Notes under the pieces: model-generated
The model's input: only the letters and a program-made list of their open reading frames with translations
Databases searched by the model: none
Told to the model about the DNA's origin: nothing
Shown: positions 8,921-14,987 of the stretch, piece after piece
Numbering within the stretch: position 1 is the first letter of the stretch
Layout of the letters: each line of letters opens with the position of its first letter
Assembly (NCBI GenBank): GCA_027021705.1
Contig: JALUTT010000016.1
Span: forward strand, 1 to 17,777
Length of the DNA: 17,777 nucleotides
Direction: 5' to 3'
DNA from: Anaerolineae bacterium
Lineage (GTDB): Bacteria > Chloroflexota > Anaerolineae > S140-20
Made by a program: the position numbers and the translations under genes

Positions 8921-9175
8921 CGCAGTCCGCAGTCCGCTGTTTGGTCGGGTGGTCGCTTGGTCGCTTGGTCCGCAGTCCGCGGTCCGCAGTCCACAGTCCT
9001 CAGTCCGCTGCTAGGCCGCTAGATCGCTAGGTCGCCAGGCCGCTTGATCGGCGGTCGGCGGTCAGCCGTCGGCGGTCGTTGATCGGCGGTCGTATCCGGC
9101 CTCGGTCCGCCGCTAGGTCGCTAGGCCGCCAGGCCGCTTGCCCTCTGCCCCTTGCTCCTTGCCCCTTGTCCCTTG
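8921..9175. repeat. Patchwork of short (7-8 nt) tandem repeats
   Basis: Consecutive blocks of (CGCAGTC)n, (TTGGTCGC)n, (CTAGGYCG)n, (GGCGGTC)n and (CCCCTTG)n. Confidence 0.85.
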
Positions 9176-9360
9176 CGGCGGGGGTGGTGGGGCTGGTGCC
9201 CTTCGTGCCGCTGATGCGAGGGGCGGACGAGGGGGTGATCCGGCGGGGGGTGGAGGTGCTGCGGGAGCGGGGGGTGGGGGAGGAGGTCGAGGCGGCGCTG
9301 GCCTTGTTTGCCAGCTTCGTGATGGAGCCGGAGCAAGTGCGGCAGATTGTGAGGTGGGAT

Positions 9361-9681
9361 ATGGCGGTTCTGAAGGAATCACCCTGGTACAAGCGAATCC
9401 TGGAGGAGGGCCTCCAGCAGGGCCTCCAACAGGGGCTTCAGCAGGGCCTCCAGCAAGGGCTCCGGCAGGGGCTGCTGGAGGGCCGGCGGGAGGACATTCT
9501 GCACCTGCTGCGGGTGCGGTTTGACCCGACGGGGCCGGCGCTGGAGCCCATCGCCGAGAAGCTGGCCGAGATCGAGGAGGCCGGCCTGCTCCAGGACCTG
9601 CTGGTGGAGGCGATGCGGACGGAGAGCCTGGATACCTTCCAGCGGAGGCTATCGCTGCTGTCAGAGAACTCCTCGGAGTAG
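9361..9681 (+). CDS. Putative RpnS-like small protein (106 aa) from an internal start
   Basis: Shine-Dalgarno-like GAGGTG at 9351-9356 lies before in-frame ATG 9361. The product contains the GLQQ repeats and a helical tail. Confidence 0.5.
   Translation: MAVLKESPWYKRILEEGLQQGLQQGLQQGLQQGLRQGLLEGRREDILHLLRVRFDPTGPALEPIAEKLAEIEEAGLLQDLLVEAMRTESLDTFQRRLSLLSENSSE
9409..9480 (+). repeat. 12-bp coding repeat encoding (GLQQ)x4-GLRQ-GLLE
   Basis: ggcctccagcag ggcctccaacag gggcttcagcag ggcctccagcaa gggctccggcag gggctgctggag. Confidence 0.9.
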
Positions 9682-9727
9682 TCTTCTTTCTTAAACCGAC
9701 CCATCGTGGCCGCATCGCCTTATCGCC

Positions 9728-12040
9728 TTGCCACCCTACACCTTCAACCGCGTGTCGCAGAAATTGAGGAAACACAGCCCCATCCCGGTCCTGCTGGCCC
9801 TTTTCGTCCTGCTCCCCTTCTGGGACCTGCTCTGGACACCTGAGACCCAGGTTGTGGCCGGCAACGACCTGCTCTTTATGTTCCTCCCCTGGTGGCGCTT
9901 CGCCCAGGAAAGCCTGCGCCAGGGGGAGCTTCCCCTGTGGAACCCCTACCTCTTCTCCGGGGTGCCTTTCCTGGCCAACCCCCAACCGGCCCTCTTCTAC
10001 CCGCCCGTCTGGCTCATCGGTCTCCTGCCGCTCACCCGGGCGGCGGGCTTGCTCTTCTTCCTGCACCTCTGGCTGGCCGGCCTGGGCACCTATGGCTGGC
10101 TTCGCGCCGAGGGCGCGGACCGATGGGGGAGCCTCTTCGGCGCGGTCGCCTTCGCCTTCAACGGCTACTTCGCCGTGCGCATCTACGGCGGCCACTTGGG
10201 CGTGGTGATGACCCAGGCCTGGCTCCCCGTCGTGCTCTGGGCCGCCCGCCGGGCCATCGAGGGGAGATCGCTGCGCCGGGCGGTGCTGGGTGGCCTCCCC
10301 GTCGCCCTCTCCCTGCTGGCCGGCCACACCGCCTCTTTCCTGTACGTGGGGCTGGTCCTGGCCGCCTACGCCCTCTACCTGGCCTGGCGGGCTTGGCGGC
10401 AGGCCCCGACCCCTGCCTCGGGCTGGGCCTCGCTCCGGACCGGCCTCCTCCCCCTGCTCCTGACCGGCACGATGGTCCTGACCGGCCTGGGCCTGGCGGC
10501 GGTCCAACTGCTCCCCACCTGGGAACTGGTCCGCCACTCCGTCCGCCAGGAGGCCTCCTACGCCTTCGCCGCCCAGTACGCCTGGCCGCCGGGCTACCTG
10601 CTGACGCTGCTCGTCCCCAACTTCTTCGGCGAGCCGGTTCGGGCCGGCTACTGGGGCGTGGAGATCTACACCGAGTTCATCTTCTACACCGGCCTGCTGC
10701 CCCTCCTGCTGGCCTTGGCCTTGGGGAGCCGGCTGCGCCACCGGTTGGTCCCCTTCCTGCTCCTGCTGGCGGGGGCCGGGCTGCTGCTGGCGATGGGGCC
10801 GGCCACCATCCTGCACCGCCTGGCTTACGACTTCCTGCCCCTCTTCCGCTCAACGCGGGCGCCGGCCCGGGCCGGCTTCCTCTTCGCCTTCGCCGTCGCT
10901 GCCCTGAGCGGGCTGGCCCTCACCCGGATGCGCCAGAGGCCCGACGAAGCCCGGTCGGCCCTTCGGGGATGGGTTCAGGGACCGCTGCCCTGGCTGGTCG
11001 GCACCCTGGCCACCCTCGTCGCCCTGACCGGGTTCCTCCTCTTCGGCCTGCAGCGGGACAGCAACGCGCAGGTGGGCCGGCTCTGGCACGTCGCCAACTA
11101 CGTGGCCCTCTTCCTGCTCTTCTTCCTCCTGGCGGTGGGGCTGGTACGGGCCTGGCTGGCGGGACGGGTGACGGGCCGGCAGGGGGCCACCCTCGCCATC
11201 GGCCTGGTCCTGCTGGACCTGTGGAGCTTCGGACGCCCCCTGATCCAGACCGTCCCGGCAACGGAGAGCGGCTACTGGCGCACCGTCGCCCAGGTGGTGG
11301 GCGAGGCCGGGAAGACAGGACGTGTGCTCCCTTGGGGGCTGACCATCTTCGAGCACAACCAGGGGATGGTTCTGGGGCTGGAGAGCGTCTTCGGCTACGA
11401 CCCGCTGGAACTGGAGCGGTACTACCGCTTCACCACCGCCGTCTCGGACCCCCGGGCGCGGGCCTACGACCTCTTGGGAGCCCGCTACCTGGTGACCGGC
11501 CAGGAGATGACCTTTCCCGACGAGGTGGATGCCCCTCGGCTGCTCGCCCACCGGGGGGATCTCTGGGTCTACGAGCGCCCGACCGCCTTCCCGCCGGCCT
11601 GGCTGGTCCACCGGGCGGAGGTGCTGAGCGCCGAGGAGGTGCTGGCGCGGCTCAACGACCCGGCCTTCGACCCCCGGCAGGTGGCCCTGCTGGAGGCCGA
11701 TCCCCCCTGCACGCCGACCGGTGCCGAGGGGCCGGCCCCGGAGGGGGAAGCGGTGCGCTTCTCCCGGCAGGGGAACAATCGCCTCGAGGTTGAGGTCGAG
11801 GCGGCCTCGGAGGGCCTACTGGTGCTGGGCGAGGTCTTTTACCCCGGCTGGCGGGCGACGGTGGATGGGAAGCCAGCCCCCGTCCTGCGGGCCGACTACG
11901 CCCTGCGGGCCGTCTGTGTGCCGGCCGGAACCCACCGGATCACCCTCACCTTTGCCCCCCTCTCCTTCCGCCTCGGTGCCGGGATCAGCCTGCTCTCCCT
12001 CCTGCTCCTCGTCGTCGCGCTGTTCTGGGGGAGGCGGTGA
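9728..12040 (+). CDS. YfhO-family membrane protein (GT-C type glycosyltransferase)
   Basis: N-terminal GELPLWNPYLFSGVPFLANPQPALFYP, then GGHL, LLAGH, GLAAVQLLP and FRSTRAPAR. C-terminal GLLVLGEVFYPGWRATVDG..VLRADYALRAVCVPAGTHRI plus a terminal TM helix. The start may be GTG 9752 or TTG 9764. Confidence 0.85.
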   Translation: MPPYTFNRVSQKLRKHSPIPVLLALFVLLPFWDLLWTPETQVVAGNDLLFMFLPWWRFAQESLRQGELPLWNPYLFSGVPFLANPQPALFYPPVWLIGLLPLTRAAGLLFFLHLWLAGLGTYGWLRAEGADRWGSLFGAVAFAFNGYFAVRIYGGHLGVVMTQAWLPVVLWAARRAIEGRSLRRAVLGGLPVALSLLAGHTASFLYVGLVLAAYALYLAWRAWRQAPTPASGWASLRTGLLPLLLTGTMVLTGLGLAAVQLLPTWELVRHSVRQEASYAFAAQYAWPPGYLLTLLVPNFFGEPVRAGYWGVEIYTEFIFYTGLLPLLLALALGSRLRHRLVPFLLLLAGAGLLLAMGPATILHRLAYDFLPLFRSTRAPARAGFLFAFAVAALSGLALTRMRQRPDEARSALRGWVQGPLPWLVGTLATLVALTGFLLFGLQRDSNAQVGRLWHVANYVALFLLFFLLAVGLVRAWLAGRVTGRQGATLAIGLVLLDLWSFGRPLIQTVPATESGYWRTVAQVVGEAGKTGRVLPWGLTIFEHNQGMVLGLESVFGYDPLELERYYRFTTAVSDPRARAYDLLGARYLVTGQEMTFPDEVDAPRLLAHRGDLWVYERPTAFPPAWLVHRAEVLSAEEVLARLNDPAFDPRQVALLEADPPCTPTGAEGPAPEGEAVRFSRQGNNRLEVEVEAASEGLLVLGEVFYPGWRATVDGKPAPVLRADYALRAVCVPAGTHRITLTFAPLSFRLGAGISLLSLLLLVVALFWGRR

Positions 12041-12043
12041 GGT

Positions 12044-12163
12044 GCCGAGGGCCAAGGCACCGAGGACTGAGGACCAAGGACCAAGGACTACCTGACCACG
12101 GGACCACCCGGCCAAGGGACCACCCGACCAAGGGACCACGTGACCATCCGACCATCCGACCAC
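12044..12163. repeat. Intergenic heptamer (ACCAAGG-like) and octamer (NNGACCAH)x9 tandem repeats
   Basis: Heptamers at 12044-12090. Octamers at 12092-12163: ctgaccac gggaccac ccggccaa gggaccac ccgaccaa gggaccac gtgaccat ccgaccat ccgaccac. Confidence 0.88.
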
Positions 12164-12177
12164 AGCGTCAACCCTAG

Positions 12178-12206
12178 TTGTCCGTTTGATGAGGACGTGG
12201 TATAAT
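12178..12206 (+). promoter_or_regulatory. sigma70-type promoter of the toxin-antitoxin operon
   Basis: TTGTCC (12178-12183), 17-bp spacer, TATAAT (12201-12206), with an extended -10 TG at 12198-12199. Confidence 0.75.
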
Positions 12207-12277
12207 GGGGTGTTGCGGGGGCGTCCGATTGGTATGCACATAATGTTCTCCCTTGAGTGTCGCAAGGAGGTGCTGTA

Positions 12278-12544
12278 ATGAGGGATACGACCCGGGTCAC
12301 GGTGGTGCTTCCCGTCGCGCTCTGGGAAGAGGTGAAGGAAATGGTCCCTGCCGGCCAGCGCTCCCGGCTGGTCGCCGAGGCCCTGGAGGCGGAAATCCGC
12401 CGGCGGAAGCGTCTGGAGCAACTGGAGCGTCTACGGCGGTTCCAGGACTACCTCCTAGAAAAGTATGGGGAGATGCCCAGCAGCGTGGAGGATATCCGTC
12501 AGATGCGGGAGGAACGCGATGCCGAGATCACTGGTCTGCGTTGA
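12278..12544 (+). CDS. vapB: Ribbon-helix-helix type antitoxin (VapB-like)
   Basis: RBS AAGGAGG at 12264-12270 before ATG 12278. TRVTVVLP..LWEEVKEMVPAGQRSRLVAEAL fits an RHH pattern, the tail IRQMREERD is typical, and the gene overlaps the downstream PIN gene. Confidence 0.75.
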   Translation: MRDTTRVTVVLPVALWEEVKEMVPAGQRSRLVAEALEAEIRRRKRLEQLERLRRFQDYLLEKYGEMPSSVEDIRQMREERDAEITGLR

Positions 12545-12965
12545 TGCTAACATCGTCGTTGCCCTGGTCACGGTCGAACGGCTTAGCCGCCGAGCGCTCT
12601 CCCTCTGGCAGGAATGGTCCCAGGGAACCTGGCAGCCGATCGCACCGCTCCTCCTACGCTACGAAGTGACTTCTGCTCTACACCGCAAAGTCGTGCGGGG
12701 GATGATGGACGCGCAAGATGCCTATCAGGCGTTGCAAGAAGCGTTCGCTCTGGACATCCAGTATTTCGACCCGCCGGGGCTCTCGGAGCGGGCCTTCGAG
12801 CTGGCCGCCCGTTTCCAGCGGCCGGCCGCTTACGACGCCCACTACCTGGCCCTGGCCGAGCACCTGGACTGTGCCTTCTGGACGGCCGACGAGCGCCTCT
12901 ACAACGCCGTCCGCGCCGAGTTCCCCCTCATCCGCTGGTTGGGGGACTACCAACCCGATGACTGA
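12519..12965 (+). CDS. vapC: PIN-domain ribonuclease toxin (VapC-like)
   Basis: VCVDANIVV, YEVTSAL, AYDAHYLALAE and FWTADERL supply the conserved acidic PIN residues. ATG 12519 follows a GGAGGA RBS and overlaps the antitoxin gene. Confidence 0.9.
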   Translation: MPRSLVCVDANIVVALVTVERLSRRALSLWQEWSQGTWQPIAPLLLRYEVTSALHRKVVRGMMDAQDAYQALQEAFALDIQYFDPPGLSERAFELAARFQRPAAYDAHYLALAEHLDCAFWTADERLYNAVRAEFPLIRWLGDYQPDD

Positions 12966-12989
12966 GGAGCCTCTTTTCGTCCTCTTCTC

Positions 12990-13018
12990 TTGTCTATTCC
13001 CCCAACCTGGGGTACAAT
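12990..13018 (+). promoter_or_regulatory. sigma70-type promoter for the downstream operon/leader RNA
   Basis: TTGTCT (12990-12995), 17-bp spacer, TACAAT (13013-13018). Confidence 0.6.
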
Positions 13019-13028
13019 TCTTCGGGAT

Positions 13029-13057
13029 TCAGACCTCCGAGGTCTGACGGAGGTCTG
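13029..13057. repeat. Palindrome with an alternative hairpin (REP-like)
   Basis: TCAGACCTC-C-GAGGTCTGA is a perfect palindrome (13029-13047). CAGACCTCCG (13030-13039) can alternatively pair with CGGAGGTCTG (13048-13057). Confidence 0.75.
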
Positions 13058-13077
13058 CTGCAACAGGGTTTAGGTAC

Positions 13078-13193
13078 GCCCTTGGTGTCCAGACGCTCTC
13101 GCTGGATCGCCGATCCGGTGGAGCGGGCCGATCCCAGACCCGCCCGGAGCGGCAAAGGGCTCTCCGGGGTTTCCGGCCGTCGGGAAGCCTCGG
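13078..13193 (+). ncRNA. Candidate structured RNA in a long 5' leader (family unassigned)
   Basis: Closing stems GCCCTT/AAGGGC, TGTC/GGCA and GCTCT/GGAGC enclose two hairpins (13100-13120, 13123-13143), followed by an 11-bp hairpin at 13164-13193. Folded by eye only. Confidence 0.3.
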
Positions 13194-13248
13194 TGGGCTA
13201 CCGAAAGGCCGACCCTCTGGGGGCGGGCCGAATGAGGAGAAGGAGATC

Positions 13249-13572
13249 GTGTGGGAAGGAAGGGACGATAAGCGGGTCAAGCTGCTGATGCAATGGGACA
13301 TCCGTCCCGGCTATGAGGCTGCTTACTTCGAGTTCGTCGTGCGGGAGTTCGCCCCAGGGCTGATGCGGCTGGGACTGCAGCCGACGGACGTCTGGTACAC
13401 GGTCTACGGGGACCATCCCCAGATTCTGGCCGGCAGCATCGCCGAGGACCTGCCGACGATGCGGCGCATCCTGCAGAGCCCGGAGTGGGAGGCCCTGCTG
13501 GAGCGGCTCTTCCAATACGTGCAGAACTTCCAGAAGAAGATCGTCCCCGCCCGCGAGCGATTCCAGCTTTAA
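13249..13572 (+). CDS. Small hypothetical protein (possible NIPSNAP/dimeric alpha-beta barrel-like fold)
   Basis: Purine-rich RBS region GAGGAGAAGGAG just upstream and GC3-rich codons. VKLLMQWDIRPGYEAAYFEFVVREFAPGL looks like a real globular protein; the fold is an inference. Confidence 0.7.
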   Translation: MWEGRDDKRVKLLMQWDIRPGYEAAYFEFVVREFAPGLMRLGLQPTDVWYTVYGDHPQILAGSIAEDLPTMRRILQSPEWEALLERLFQYVQNFQKKIVPARERFQL

Positions 13573-13615
13573 CCTCGAGAGGATGGCTCGACGAGCCGAC
13601 GAAAGGAGTGAGAAT

Positions 13616-14983
13616 TTGCGCAAGTGGATCTGGCTTGGTATAGGATTGCTGGCAGCCCTGCTGCTGGCCGCATGCACCGGTGCCGGGACGGCGGAGAAGG
13701 CCACCGCTCCACCGGCCACCGAAGTTGCCGCTTCACCGACGGAAGGCACCCTTCCCTCCCCTACGCCGACCGAGGTCGCTGTCACACCGACCGAAGCCGC
13801 TGCCGAGGCCACACCGGCTGAGCCTCCTGTCTCGGCCGCAGACCTCCCGCTGGGCACAGGTCAGGATGCCTGTCGCCTCTTCCAGGGTGTCCAAGTGCCC
13901 CCTGCCTCCACGGAACCCCCGCCCTGGCAGATCCCCGAAGTGAGCGAGGAGGACTGGGTCCGGGGGGCCAAAGACCCGATCCTGACCATCGTCGAGTACG
14001 GCGATTTCCAGTGACCGTACTGCGCCTCTTTGGCACCAACTCTGGATGAGTTGGTTCAGAAACACGGTGACGAAATCCAGTTGGTCTACCGCCACTTCCC
14101 CCTCAACTCCATCCACGATAAGGCCCAGATCGCTGCCGAAGCTACCGAAGCCGCCGGTGCGCAGGGGGCTTTCTGGGAGATGCATGATCTCATCTTCGCC
14201 AACCAGCAAATGATGAACCAGCAGGACTTGGAGACCTACCGGGAAACGCTGGTGGGCTTTGCCGAGCAGCTAGGGCTGGACGTGGATCGCTTCCGCAAAG
14301 AGCTGGTGGACGGAACCTACAAGGACAAGGTGGAACAGGCGACCCAGGCGGCGATGGAATTGGGCCTGGGTGGTACTCCCGCCATCTTCATCAACGGGCA
14401 GTTCTGGCAGGGTCCCCGTGACCTCTACATCTTCGAGGCGATCCTGGAACTGGAGAAGCTGCGCAGCCGCCAGTACGCCGAAGCGCCCCCGGTGAAGATT
14501 GACCCCGAGAAGCAGTACGTGGCGACCTTCTACACCGATAAGGGGGAGATCGTCGCCCAGCTCTACGCCAAGCAGGCCCCCATCGCCGTCAACAGCTTCA
14601 TCTTCCTGGCCTGCCAGGGCTGGTTCGATGGCGTCACCTTCCACCGGGTGCTCCCCGGCTTCGTCGCCCAGACGGGCGACCCCACCGGGACCGGCTTCGG
14701 TGGTCCGGGCTACCGCTTTGGGAACGAGATAGACCCCCAGCTCACCTTCGATGGGCCGGGGGTCCTGGCGATGGCCAACGCCGGCCGTCCCAACACCAAC
14801 GGCAGTCAGTTCTTCTTCACCTACGACGCCCTGCCCGATCTGAACGGCAACTACACCATCTTCGGGCGGGTGATCCAGGGGATGGATGTGCTGGAGTCGC
14901 TGACGCCCCGAGATCCCCAGCAGGACCCCTCGGCCCCGCCAGGGGACCGGATCCAGTCCATCACGGTGGAGGAGTTGGAGTAG
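13616..14983 (+). CDS. Selenocysteine-containing DsbA-like (thioredoxin-fold, UxxC) / cyclophilin-type PPIase fusion lipoprotein, 455 aa, Sec at residue 133
   Basis: ORFs 13583..14014 and 14030..14983 share one frame and are separated only by TGA 14012-14014, giving IVEYGDFQ-U-PYCASLAP. The neighbouring paralog aligns as LIEYADFQ-C-LAC. A SECIS-like hairpin follows. AAGGAG (13603-13608) favours a TTG 13616 start, with signal peptide and lipobox LAAC. The DsbA part has YRHFPL and GGTPAIFING; the cyclophilin part has FHRVLPGFVAQTGD, AMANAG..TNGSQFF and YTIFG. Confidence 0.85.
14029..14060 (+). promoter_or_regulatory. Bacterial SECIS-like hairpin
   Basis: Perfect 8-bp stem ACCAACTC (14035-14042) / GAGTTGGT (14048-14055) with a 5-nt loop TGGAT. 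The loop has G at position 2 and starts 28 nt after the UGA. The stem extends by TTTGG/TCAGA with one bulged C. Confidence 0.75.
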
Positions 14984-14987
14984 CTCG

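Larger units (their letters stand above)
9184..9681 (+). pseudogene. C-terminal part of an Rpn-family (recombination-promoting nuclease / putative transposase) protein; nuclease N-terminus absent
   Basis: LVPFVPLM...VRWDMAVLKESPWY..ILEEG(LQQG)n..EGRREDILHLLRVRF...LQDLLVEAMRTESLDTF is the typical Rpn/DUF4351-like tail. Upstream of about 9180 the frame is only translated repeat DNA. Confidence 0.7.

Noticed and set aside
9079..9183. N-terminal part of the 200-aa ORF
   Set aside because: It is translated tandem-repeat DNA (ACPLPLAPCPLSL) with no RBS.
1415..11793. Long alternative-frame and antisense ORFs (e.g. 1415..2671, 1452..3089, 3379..5412, 5693..7351, 9113..10816, 9892..11793)
   Set aside because: These are Pro/Arg/Gly-rich shadow frames expected in high-GC DNA, and they overlap well-supported genes.
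8921..12163. Repeat arrays as CRISPR
   Set aside because: The units are 7-12 bp in direct tandem with no unique spacers, and no cas genes are present.
12965..12990. Intrinsic terminator after vapC
   Set aside because: The stem GAGGA/TCCTC is only 5 bp with a large loop and an interrupted U-tract, too weak to call.
13150..13205. c-di-GMP-I riboswitch (GGCAAA ... GCTACCGA resemblance)
   Set aside because: The GNRA-capped P2 hairpin and the second GCAAA junction motif are missing.
13025..13230. tRNA-Sec, SRP, tmRNA or RNase P RNA in the leader
   Set aside because: There is no cloverleaf with a UCA anticodon or T-loop, and none of the hallmark motifs of these RNAs were seen.
13583..14983. Reading the locus as two genes (143 aa + 317 aa) or as a nonsense pseudogene
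   Set aside because: The TGA is exactly at the catalytic Cys position, the frame continues as PYC, a SECIS-like hairpin follows, and TTG 14030 has no RBS and would start after the active site.
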